From Candidatus Sumerlaeales bacterium (GTDB taxonomy: Bacteria > Sumerlaeota > Sumerlaeia > Sumerlaeales > Sumerlaeaceae), in contig JBBSQY010000009.1 in NCBI GenBank assembly GCA_038243585.1, positions 25,076 through 89,075 on the forward strand: 64,000 bases of DNA, read 5' to 3'. Below the pieces are notes generated by a model. That model was not told the origin of the DNA, did not search any database, and saw nothing but the letters and a program-made list of their open reading frames with translations. This document shows positions 28,496 through 37,930 of the stretch, in pieces; position 1 is the stretch's first letter, and each line of letters opens with the position of its first letter. The position numbers were made by a program, and so were the translations under genes.

Positions 28496-29234
28496 TGTTG
28501 TCGGGCCGAAACGGGTCGCAATTTTTTCAGATATCCACGGGAACCTTCAAGCGCTGCAAAGCGTATTAGCAGAACTGAAGACGGAGAATGTTGATTTTAT
28601 CCTCTGCTGCGGAGATGTGGTTGGCTATGGGGCCAACCCTAACGAATGCGTCGAATTGCTTCGCGAAAATAAAATACCTACCATAGCTGGCAATCATGAT
28701 TTCGCCGCGCTTAACCTTGTAGATATTACCTATTTCAACGATATCGCCCGGGAAGCAATTCTATGGACACGCAAGGAACTGAAGCCTGAAAACCTTGCGT
28801 TTTTGAAAGAATTGCCGTTGTCTGTGGAGATGGACGATATGCTCTTTGTCCACGCCTCGCCTAACAGTCCTGAGAGTTGGAATTACATTATTACAATGGG
28901 GCAGGCGCGTACGGGTTTCCAGTATTTTACCGAGAAAATCTGCTTTATCGGTCATTCACACACGCCCTTTATAGTCGAAAATAACGACGGAGACCTTGGG
29001 TGTCCGGATGTGCCGCACATTCATTGTAAGGACAATTGTCGCTATCTTGTAAACGTGGGCAGCGTGGGACAGCCTCGCGACAGAAACCCTGATGCCTGCT
29101 ATGCCATCTATGATCGGGAGTCCCGTACCATAGAAATTCGGCGAACTACCTATGACCTGGCTACCGCCCAGGCGTCTATTGTATCGCAAGGGTTGCCGGT
29201 CGAGTTAGCTGAAAGATTGACTTACGGACTGTAA
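28485..29234 (+). CDS. Calcineurin-like metallophosphoesterase
   Basis: SDIHGN, GDVVGYG, GNHD, GHSH, NVGSVGQPRD; overlaps the FHA gene by 11 nt. Confidence 0.92.
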   Translation: MKPDVVGPKRVAIFSDIHGNLQALQSVLAELKTENVDFILCCGDVVGYGANPNECVELLRENKIPTIAGNHDFAALNLVDITYFNDIAREAILWTRKELKPENLAFLKELPLSVEMDDMLFVHASPNSPESWNYIITMGQARTGFQYFTEKICFIGHSHTPFIVENNDGDLGCPDVPHIHCKDNCRYLVNVGSVGQPRDRNPDACYAIYDRESRTIEIRRTTYDLATAQASIVSQGLPVELAERLTYGL

Positions 29235-29689
29235 TTTAAAGAATTTATAAAATGCATCAGGGCCACGTGAATTAAACTACCTATAGACGTCCCACCCTGG
29301 TAGATTACACCGTCTCGCCTATGAAAGCATTATATTCGACAAGGTCTTCGGAGTTCCGGACCGGACTCCGGCTACCGCTCGGACGTAACCTTTAAACGTA
29401 AGCATCGGAACGTGGGCTACTTCAAGCTCGGTCTCTGCGAACCAAATTTTTACTTCTTCATAATTATGAGCCGACCCTTTCTGAATCGAGCTCAGCGGGT
29501 AATGTGATTATTTCCTAAATTAGGCTGTGTCACAATTTCCCCATGAATGTTGTCTTTAACGATGAATTCGTTGGGGGAAGCTGTGCTTGCTTGTCACGTG
29601 TAATTACGGGATGCGGAGCATTTGAAATCCTCCCGCCTTGGGCTGTAGGCCCTGGCCGGAACAGATGTTAGAAGAAGGGAAGTATTGTC

Positions 29690-32600
29690 ATGAAGAAAAA
29701 GAATGGTCTGCCCGAGGCAACAGGACTCTACGATCCAAACCATGAGCATGATGCCTGTGGCGTCGGATTCGTTGTGGATATTAAAGGCAGAAAATCTCAT
29801 GACATTATAAGACAAGCTCTTCAGGTGTTGGATAATCTTACCCACCGCGGGGCCTGTGGCTGCGACCCGGATACTGGCGACGGAGCGGGAATCCTTTTTC
29901 AGCTTCCCCATGAGTTTTTTAAGCTGGAGTGCGCAAAGCTGGGCATTGACCTGTGCGAGGCTGGACATTACGGGGTAGGCATGATGTTCCTTCCTGTGGA
30001 GGATGACATCCGCAGGCAGTGCGAAGCGACCCTCGAAAAGGTAATTAAAGCGGAAGGACAAACCCTGCTTGGCTGGCGGGATGTGCCTGTCAATCCGGCT
30101 GCGGTCGGACCTGTGGCCCGTGAGGCCATGCCGGTCATCCGCCAGGTATTTGTTGGTCGCGGCAAAGAAACGCAGACTGACGATGAATTTGAGCGTAAGC
30201 TTTACTTGATCCGGAAAGTCGCTAATTACCAGATACGCACGAGTGATCCGGATAGTACTGAGCTGTATTACGCATGCAGCTTCTCCAGTCGGACGATCAT
30301 TTATAAAGGGATGCTGATTTCATATCAGATGGACCATTTCTTTCCCGACCTGAAAGATCCAGCGGTCGCAAGCGCTCTTGGATTGGTGCATAGCCGCTTT
30401 TCCACCAATACCTTTCCGAGCTGGGAACTGGCACATCCTTATCGCATGATAGCCCATAACGGCGAGATTAATACGGTGCGCGGTAACCGCAACTGGATGA
30501 CGTCTCGCTTTCCATCGTTGAAGAGTCCAAGGTTTCCGAACCCAGAGGAACTGCGACCCATCGTGACAGAGACCGGCAGCGATTCTGCAACGCTGGACAA
30601 TGCGCTGGAGTTTTTTGTGATGGGCGGGCGCGACTTGACCCACGCGGTAACCATGCTGGTGCCAGAGGCGTGGACGGGCGATCCCGCCATGGATCCGGCT
30701 AAGCGGGCCTATTATGAGTACCACGCCTGTCTAATGGAACCTTGGGATGGCCCAGCCGCTATCTGCTTTACTGATGGCGTTCAGATTGGCGCGACGCTGG
30801 ATCGCAATGGTTTGCGTCCGGGCCGCTATTGGGTCATGAAAGACGGGCGACTGATTTTTGCCAGTGAAACCGGAGTGCTTGATGAGCCGGCTGACCAGGT
30901 TCTCTATAAGGGGAAAATGCAGCCGGGGAAAATGTTGCTGGTAGACACGGTGGAAGGTCGCCTCATCGGCGATGAAGAGATTAAAGCGGGTCTGGCTGGA
31001 AAGGCCAATTATACTGCCTGGATTCGCGACAACGTCATTGAACTGGATGATATTCCCGATCCGGCACCGGAGAAAATTCCGCATCCCAAAGGGGAATCGC
31101 TACTCCACCTGCAGCAGGCATTTGGCTACACCCTGGAAGATCTGCGCATCCTGCTTGCCCCTATGGGCGCGACCGGCATGGAAGCTCTCGGATCCATGGG
31201 TACGGACACGCCATTGGCCGTCCTGTCTGAGCGCCCGCAGCTGCTATATAGCTATTTTAAGCAACTTTTTGCCCAGGTTACTAATCCGCCTATCGATTCC
31301 ATTCGCGAAGAGATGGTGATGAGCACGTGGAACTACCTGGGAAAGATGCATAACATCCTGGAGGAAACTCCCCAGCATTGCCACCTGGTGCGAGTAAAAC
31401 ACGTAGTGCTTACGAACGAGCAGCTTGAGAAAATCCGTTCGGTGGACGTTGGCGATTTTCAGTCAGTGACACTACCTATGGTTTTTGACCCGGCCGCCGG
31501 GGAAGCTGGACTGGCCATGGCGCTGGAAAGCCTGTTCGCAAAAGCCGAAGAGGCGTGCCGCAAAGGCGTTAACATTATTATTTTGTCCGATCGCGACGTT
31601 GACGCCGAACACGCTCCCATCCCGGCGCTTCTGGCGACGGCGGGCCTGCATCACCACCTGATTCGCGCGGGCGTGCGTGGCGACGCGGGCATTGTTGTTG
31701 AAACAGGTGAGGCTCGCGAGATGATGCATTTCGCGTTGCTGATCGGATATGGCGCAGGGGCAATTAATCCTTACCTGGCGTTTGACACTCTTGACGAAAT
31801 GCTGGCAACCGGGCAGATCCCTGAGGAGTTGAACCCGGCGGACCTGAACCATGAAAAGCTGGTGAAGAATTATGTCAAATCCGTCGATAAAGCGATACTG
31901 AAAATTATCGCTAAGATGGGAATCAGCACAGTTCAGAGTTATCAGGCGGCCCAGATATTTGAGGCCATAGGTCTAAACCAGGAAGTGATCGACAAATATT
32001 TCACATGGACGGCCTCGCGGATTCAGGGCGTTGGCCTGGAGACGATTGCCCGGGAAGTTCTGATGCGTCATCACCACGCTTATCCGGAAGATCGTACGAA
32101 TCAGGTGGATATGCTGGACTGGGGCGGTCAATACCACTGGCGGCGCAACGGCGAACACCATCTGTTCAATCCGGACACGGTATTTAAGCTGCAACACAGC
32201 ACGCGAACAGGCGATTATAACGTGTACCGGGACTATGCACGCTCTATTAACGAGCAGACGAAACACCTGTGTACGCTGCGCGGACTGTTTAAGTTTAAAA
32301 AATGCAACCCGGTCCCCATTGAGGAAGTGGAGTCGATTGGTGAAATCGTAAAGCGTTTCGCCACCGGCGCCATGAGCCTTGGTTCCATCAGCACGGAGGC
32401 CCATGAAAATCTAGCCATTGCCATGAACCGCATCGGCGGCAAGAGCAATACTGGGGAGGGCGGCGAAGATCCCCGGCGTTTTGAGAAAGACGCCAATGGG
32501 GACTGGCGCAGGTCGGCCATTAAGCAGGTCGCCAGCGGGCGTTTTGGTGTGACGATTCATTATCTGAACAACGCAGATGAACTCCAGATTAAGATGGCCC

Positions 32601-34264
32601 AGGGCGCGAAACCCGGCGAGGGTGGTCAGCTTCCTGGTTATAAGGTGGACAAGTATATCGGGTGGCTGCGCCACGCAACCCCCGGCGTCGGTCTTATTTC
32701 TCCGCCGCCGCACCATGACATATATTCCATTGAAGACCTTGCACAACTTATCCATGATCTTAAAAACGCTAACCCGAAGGCCCGGATCAGCGTCAAACTT
32801 GTTGCTGAGGTCGGCGTGGGTACCGTTGCCGCGGGCGTAGCGAAGGCTCACAGCGACGTCGTCCTTATCTCCGGACACGACGGCGGCACCGGCGCCAGCC
32901 CTCTTACCAGCATTAAGCACACAGGCATTCCGTGGGAACTTGGTCTGGCGGAGGCGCAGCAGGTTCTCATGATGAACGGTCTGCGGGATCGGATCGTCGT
33001 CCAGTGCGATGGTCAGCTTAAAACTGGCCGTGACGTAGCCATTGCCACCCTTCTTGGCGCGGAAGAATGGGGATGCGCCACCGCCCCTCTGGTCGCTAGC
33101 GGCTGCATCATGATGCGCAAATGCCACCTCAATACCTGCCCCGTGGGTGTCGCAACTCAGGATCCTATCCTGCGGGCCAAGTTCGACGGTAAACCCGAAT
33201 ATGTTATTAACTTCTTCTATTTTCTCGCTCAGGAATTGCGGGAGATCATGGCCGAGCTTGGATTCAGAACAATTTCTGAAATGGTTGGGCGCAGCGATCT
33301 GCTTGAAATGGAAGAGGCCATCGATCATTGGAAAACCAAAGGTCTGGATTTCTCGGCCATCTTCGCTTTTCCGGAAATGGGTACGAACGAAGCGCGCATT
33401 AAGACAAAGGAGCAGGATCATTCGCTGGACAAGGCCTTGGATAATGACCTTATCCGCCTGGCGGAACCGGCTCTCGCTCGAGGCGAACATGTAAATATTG
33501 AAATGCCAATAACAAATGTTCGCCGTACTGTCGGAACAATGCTTTCCAGCGCGGTTGCTCAGCGATACGGTGCAGACGGACTGCCGCCTGACACTATTAA
33601 TATCAAGCTTACCGGTTCAGCCGGCCAAAGTTTTGGTGCATTCCTTAATAAAGGCATCAGCATTACACTCGAAGGCGACGCCAATGATTATGTGGCCAAG
33701 GGTATGACGGGCGGGCGCATTGTGTTGTATCCACCAGCAGGCTCGACCTTTAAGGCTGAGGAAAACATAATCGTCGGAAACACCTGTCTCTACGGGGCAA
33801 CGGGCGGCGAAGTTTATGTCCGGGGCCTGGCAGGCGAGAGGTTCGCCGTTAGAAACAGCGGCTGCTCTACGGTCATCGAAGGCGTAGGCGACCACGGTTG
33901 TGAATACATGACAGGCGGCTACGCCGTGGTGCTGGGCCAGACCGGGCGGAACTTTGCGGCGGGTATGAGCGGCGGCATTGCGTTTGTCTTTGACGAAGAC
34001 GGCGGCTTCGAAAGCCGGTGCAATCTGGCGATGGTTGATCTGGAAGAGGTGACGGACGAGCGCGATATTAAAGATCTGCGTAAGTTTATCGAACGTCACA
34101 TTGAGTATACCGGCAGCGCAAAAGGTGCGGCTATTCTGGCGGAATGGTCAGAGAACCTTCGACGGTTTGTGAAAGTAATGCCGACTGATTACAAGGCGGC
34201 GCTTCGGCTGCTTGAAGAGGAGCGCCAGAAAGCGGAACGGGACTTGGAGGGTATCCCAGCCTGA
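29690..34264 (+). CDS. gltB: Glutamate synthase large subunit
   Basis: EHDA-CGVGF N-terminal nucleophile, QIKMAQGAKPGEGG, 3Fe-4S motif CIMMRKCHLNTC, GXGXG beta-helix. Confidence 0.98.
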   Translation: MKKKNGLPEATGLYDPNHEHDACGVGFVVDIKGRKSHDIIRQALQVLDNLTHRGACGCDPDTGDGAGILFQLPHEFFKLECAKLGIDLCEAGHYGVGMMFLPVEDDIRRQCEATLEKVIKAEGQTLLGWRDVPVNPAAVGPVAREAMPVIRQVFVGRGKETQTDDEFERKLYLIRKVANYQIRTSDPDSTELYYACSFSSRTIIYKGMLISYQMDHFFPDLKDPAVASALGLVHSRFSTNTFPSWELAHPYRMIAHNGEINTVRGNRNWMTSRFPSLKSPRFPNPEELRPIVTETGSDSATLDNALEFFVMGGRDLTHAVTMLVPEAWTGDPAMDPAKRAYYEYHACLMEPWDGPAAICFTDGVQIGATLDRNGLRPGRYWVMKDGRLIFASETGVLDEPADQVLYKGKMQPGKMLLVDTVEGRLIGDEEIKAGLAGKANYTAWIRDNVIELDDIPDPAPEKIPHPKGESLLHLQQAFGYTLEDLRILLAPMGATGMEALGSMGTDTPLAVLSERPQLLYSYFKQLFAQVTNPPIDSIREEMVMSTWNYLGKMHNILEETPQHCHLVRVKHVVLTNEQLEKIRSVDVGDFQSVTLPMVFDPAAGEAGLAMALESLFAKAEEACRKGVNIIILSDRDVDAEHAPIPALLATAGLHHHLIRAGVRGDAGIVVETGEAREMMHFALLIGYGAGAINPYLAFDTLDEMLATGQIPEELNPADLNHEKLVKNYVKSVDKAILKIIAKMGISTVQSYQAAQIFEAIGLNQEVIDKYFTWTASRIQGVGLETIAREVLMRHHHAYPEDRTNQVDMLDWGGQYHWRRNGEHHLFNPDTVFKLQHSTRTGDYNVYRDYARSINEQTKHLCTLRGLFKFKKCNPVPIEEVESIGEIVKRFATGAMSLGSISTEAHENLAIAMNRIGGKSNTGEGGEDPRRFEKDANGDWRRSAIKQVASGRFGVTIHYLNNADELQIKMAQGAKPGEGGQLPGYKVDKYIGWLRHATPGVGLISPPPHHDIYSIEDLAQLIHDLKNANPKARISVKLVAEVGVGTVAAGVAKAHSDVVLISGHDGGTGASPLTSIKHTGIPWELGLAEAQQVLMMNGLRDRIVVQCDGQLKTGRDVAIATLLGAEEWGCATAPLVASGCIMMRKCHLNTCPVGVATQDPILRAKFDGKPEYVINFFYFLAQELREIMAELGFRTISEMVGRSDLLEMEEAIDHWKTKGLDFSAIFAFPEMGTNEARIKTKEQDHSLDKALDNDLIRLAEPALARGEHVNIEMPITNVRRTVGTMLSSAVAQRYGADGLPPDTINIKLTGSAGQSFGAFLNKGISITLEGDANDYVAKGMTGGRIVLYPPAGSTFKAEENIIVGNTCLYGATGGEVYVRGLAGERFAVRNSGCSTVIEGVGDHGCEYMTGGYAVVLGQTGRNFAAGMSGGIAFVFDEDGGFESRCNLAMVDLEEVTDERDIKDLRKFIERHIEYTGSAKGAAILAEWSENLRRFVKVMPTDYKAALRLLEEERQKAERDLEGIPA

Positions 34265-34397
34265 GTAACATGCCAGGCCCTTTGCACCTGACGCCACGCG
34301 GCTATAATCTGCTGCGATCACATGGGTGAAATTATGGCACAAGCCTTGCCTTACTTTTCCACAGAAGATATTTAAATTCAACTGTGGAGGAGCAACT

Positions 34398-34973
34398 ATG
34401 CTCGATTCAGCGCGGGATGTTTTAAGAAAATATGTAAGTGATATGGTCGGCGTGGTCCGCCATGTCCACGAAGCAATCGAGCGCCAGCTGAAAGACGACG
34501 ACGCTGCCAAGTTCCCGGAAATTAAGGCACTTTTGGCAGAGATTTCCGCAGAGCTTAACACGCAGAGAAGTCATCTGGAAGGCTTGGCCAAAGAGATCGA
34601 GGCTGGTCATTTCGCTACCGCCAAAGAGGCCGTTACGGCAGCTGCTGGCGTCTTAGCCGGGTTGTACGATAGCCTTCGCAGTCATCCTATAAGCAAAGAT
34701 TTGCGCGATGATTATGTCGCACTTACGCTGTGTTGCGTCGCCTACGAAATGCTTCATGCCACAGGCCTTGCTGTCAAACACGTGCCAACCGCAGAACTTG
34801 CTCTGCGCCATTTGAAGCAATTGACCCCGTTTGTGAATCGCATCGGGCAGCAAATTCCCGGAGTGGTAGTTCGCGAACTGTCGGAGCAGGGTGTAGAAGT
34901 TGACACCGAATCAGCTGCGATCGCCGCCCGAAACAATCATGACGCCTGGTCATCCTCCGGATCTACAAGCTAA
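34398..34973 (+). CDS. Hypothetical helical protein, possibly ferritin-like
   Basis: GGAGGAG RBS before MLDSA; helical pattern with D/E/H residues (SDM...H...E, RDDY, YEMLH). Confidence 0.55.
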   Translation: MLDSARDVLRKYVSDMVGVVRHVHEAIERQLKDDDAAKFPEIKALLAEISAELNTQRSHLEGLAKEIEAGHFATAKEAVTAAAGVLAGLYDSLRSHPISKDLRDDYVALTLCCVAYEMLHATGLAVKHVPTAELALRHLKQLTPFVNRIGQQIPGVVVRELSEQGVEVDTESAAIAARNNHDAWSSSGSTS

Positions 34974-35051
34974 GGGAGACACTCCTCCAGTATGACAGGT
35001 GATATGGGTGGCTTTGCTAATGCCTTACAATTCTGAACGAAAGATTTTTCG

Positions 35052-36140
35052 ATGAGCAATCATGATGATGTTTCCGAAGCATTGAACCGGAGAGAATTCG
35101 TAAAGCGGGCAAGCCTGTTTGGCGCCGGCATGGTTACTGCCATGTCGGCTGCCCAGCATTTGGGGGCCCAGGAAACGACAAACACGTCCGCGCCCGCAAC
35201 ACCCCCGAAAAACTTACAGCCGATCCCGCGTCGCAAGTTTGGAAAGCATGACGACATGGTTTCCATTATCGGTGTGGGCGGACACCATCTGGGGATTCCC
35301 GATGAGCCGACGGCAATTCGTATCGTTCATGAGGCCATGGATCATGGGATTAATTTCATGGACAACTGTTGGGATTACCACAACGGTGTCAGCGAAGAAC
35401 GCATGGGTAAAGCGCTGGCATCAGACGGTCGCCGTGATAAAGCTTTTCTGATGACGAAGGTCTGCACCCACGGACGTGATGCAACAGTGGCCATGAAGCA
35501 ATTAGAGGATTCTTTGAAACGGCTGCAAACCGATCACATCGATCTTTGGCAAATCCATGAAGTGGTTTATGGCAATGACCCTGAGTTGCATTTTTCTCCC
35601 GGCGGAACGGTCGAGGCGCTTGTAAAAGCAAAAGAGCAGGGTAAAGTTCGCTATGTCGGCTTTACCGGTCACAAAAGTCCGGAACTTCATATGCGGATGC
35701 TGTCCCATGATTTTCCTTTCGACGCTGTTCAGATGCCGCTCAATCCTTTCGACGCAACCTTTCGCAGCTTTCAAACAGAGGTACTGCCAGTTCTGAATGA
35801 GCGGGGAATTGCCGTCATCGGTATGAAGAGTCTGGGCGGATCCGCCGACATGATAAAGAAAAACGCAGTCACTGTTAAGGAGGCTCTTGCTTACGCGATG
35901 AGCCTGCCAGTTACTACGACAGTTAGCGGGATGCCGTCTCTCGAGCACCTCTATCAAAACTTACAGATTGCGGGAGGGTTCAAACCCATGCCCCAGGATG
36001 AGATGGTGGCTATGGCCGAGCGAGTCAGAAAGTTTTCAGGCGACGGACGATTTGAACTCTATAAAGTCTCCGCCAAATTCGAAGGCAATGTGGGCCGCGA
36101 AGCTCATGGTTTTCCTTCCCATAAAGAAATGGCCGGATGA
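35052..36140 (+). CDS. Aldo/keto reductase with twin-arginine signal
   Basis: LNRREFVK Tat motif; DNCWDY, SEERMG, TK, SLKRLQTDHIDLWQIH. Confidence 0.92.
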   Translation: MSNHDDVSEALNRREFVKRASLFGAGMVTAMSAAQHLGAQETTNTSAPATPPKNLQPIPRRKFGKHDDMVSIIGVGGHHLGIPDEPTAIRIVHEAMDHGINFMDNCWDYHNGVSEERMGKALASDGRRDKAFLMTKVCTHGRDATVAMKQLEDSLKRLQTDHIDLWQIHEVVYGNDPELHFSPGGTVEALVKAKEQGKVRYVGFTGHKSPELHMRMLSHDFPFDAVQMPLNPFDATFRSFQTEVLPVLNERGIAVIGMKSLGGSADMIKKNAVTVKEALAYAMSLPVTTTVSGMPSLEHLYQNLQIAGGFKPMPQDEMVAMAERVRKFSGDGRFELYKVSAKFEGNVGREAHGFPSHKEMAG

Positions 36141-36187
36141 TTTGTGGCCTGACCCAACTTGTTCAAATACAGTTCTCGTAAGCTCTC

Positions 36188-37789
36188 CTAGTTTCCAAGC
36201 AACAATAGCGTGATGGAGTGGGGCGGGCAAAGCCACTTCAGCTCTGACTGAGTCAGTTCGGTTGATACCGGGGTTATATTATAAGGCTTCTGAAAGTCGT
36301 TCTTTGCATAGATGTCTTCATGGTGGAGAGTCCAGGAATTCTCTATTTTCATCTTACGGAACGAATCTAGAACCAAGCTAACAGCGGCTTCATTTTCTGG
36401 ATGTTTGTTAATCAGAGAGATCGTAAGCCGGCCATCTTTTCGCATTGCCGCGGTGGCGTCTAGCCAGTTCCGCTGGCCGTTAACAAAGTCAGCAGGTGGT
36501 TTTCGGCCCGGCGCAGCAGTTATGGGAACCGGGGGTTCAACGGTAGGTCCTTCCACTAATACGGGGAGGGCAGCGCCTTGCATCCACTCGGCGTACTGTT
36601 TAAAAAGGTAAGCTGCCGGAGTCCACACCACAAGGTCTTTGTTAACCAGCAGAGTTGCATTCCCGTTTACCAGGAAAACATGATTGGCCATATGGACACG
36701 TGGGCTTAAGCGGATCATAGCGTTAAAAAATGAACCGATAAAGATCGAGTCCTGAAGGGTGCGAGGACTTTTACGGTTTTGTTTTCCGTCGTAAAAATGA
36801 CGGATATTCCATTCGTCTATAGAGAGATTGATAGGCGTTGCACGATTAAGTGATGAGGTGGCTTGATCGACTGTTTCTATCATGCGCCGAAGTCTATTTT
36901 CCAAGTAGTCCGGCGTAAAGACAAAAGCCTCATATTCCGAGCCGGCATAGACGGTCGACACTCCATACATATGTACTGTCAGAAGGTCTATATCCTGTCC
37001 AGCTTTCGAAAGCACGGCGGAGTCCCAGGCCCGATCGTTTCCCTCTTCTGATCCCACGCCAAGAATCTTTATCGTAGGGTCCTGCCTACGCATAGCCTTC
37101 GCCCATACACTCAGACTTGTGCCATAAGTGTCCGCATCTGAGTGTCCGGCTTCCCAGTGTCCCCAAGTCTCATTGCCGATACCCCAATACTTTACGTCCC
37201 AGGGTTCGTCTCGGCCATTGCTGCTACGTCGTGCACCCTGCGGTGTATCTTTTGCCCCATTGCAGTATTCCAGCCAACGGACCGCCTCCGGAATAGTGCC
37301 GGTGCCGAGATTAACGTTTATATACGGAGTTGTGCTCGAAAGGTGGCACCAATGCAGAAACTCATCCGTTCCGAACTGGTTCGGCTCCGTGCCACCCCAA
37401 TGCCTGTTTATCTGGGGAACTCGATTATGCTGTGGACCTATGGCGTCTTCCCAATGGTACACATCAGCAAAGCACCCCCCCGGCCACCTGACCACGGGAA
37501 CTTTGAGAGCAGCTACGTTGGAAGTTACATCAAGACGAATTCCCATGGGATTGGCGGAGCGGTGTTGGTTGTCCCACAGCGACGGGTAAATCGTTTCTTC
37601 GTCGGCCTGAACGTGTTCCAGATATTGTCCGTATATGAGCGGCGAAATATCGCCAATGGGAGAAGCACTGGTGAGTGTTACCGTGGTGTTAAAAGAGGAA
37701 GAACACCATGCTGGTACGGGAATTAAAGTCAGGCATAGCGCCATGGCTACGGAGGGAAATAGGCGGAAAAGCATAACTACTCGTTTCAT
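36188..37789 (-). CDS. GH51 alpha-L-arabinofuranosidase, exported
   Basis: YGQYLEH, RWPGGCFAD.YHW, GNE acid/base, DEWN nucleophile; signal peptide. Confidence 0.92.
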   Translation of the reverse strand: MKRVVMLFRLFPSVAMALCLTLIPVPAWCSSSFNTTVTLTSASPIGDISPLIYGQYLEHVQADEETIYPSLWDNQHRSANPMGIRLDVTSNVAALKVPVVRWPGGCFADVYHWEDAIGPQHNRVPQINRHWGGTEPNQFGTDEFLHWCHLSSTTPYINVNLGTGTIPEAVRWLEYCNGAKDTPQGARRSSNGRDEPWDVKYWGIGNETWGHWEAGHSDADTYGTSLSVWAKAMRRQDPTIKILGVGSEEGNDRAWDSAVLSKAGQDIDLLTVHMYGVSTVYAGSEYEAFVFTPDYLENRLRRMIETVDQATSSLNRATPINLSIDEWNIRHFYDGKQNRKSPRTLQDSIFIGSFFNAMIRLSPRVHMANHVFLVNGNATLLVNKDLVVWTPAAYLFKQYAEWMQGAALPVLVEGPTVEPPVPITAAPGRKPPADFVNGQRNWLDATAAMRKDGRLTISLINKHPENEAAVSLVLDSFRKMKIENSWTLHHEDIYAKNDFQKPYNITPVSTELTQSELKWLCPPHSITLLLLGN

Positions 37790-37855
37790 CGTACCCTTGA
37801 GTTATGTCAATAATAAGAGTTGATTTTTCCTCGCCGGAAACTACCTGCAACAACG

Positions 37856-37885
37856 AAGAAAGGCGCTCCCACTTCGGAAGCGCCT
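37856..37885 (-). terminator. Rho-independent terminator after DEAD-box gene
   Basis: Minus strand AGGCGCTTCC-GAAGT-GGGAGCGCCT followed by TTCTT. Confidence 0.7.
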
Positions 37886-37930
37886 CGTTAAATTGCTGTT
37901 AGAGTTTAAACGTTACTAATCACTACTGGG

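Noticed and set aside
29349..29415. Loose resemblance to the glnA glutamine riboswitch (GTTC...CGGACGTAA...GGAACG)
   Set aside because: Core nucleotides and stems do not match well enough by eye; kept only as part of the gltB leader finding
32411..33490. 359-aa antisense ORF within gltB, and similar shadow ORFs over pnp, recJ and cimA
   Set aside because: Antisense open frames are expected from codon bias in conserved GC-rich genes; no motifs or RBS
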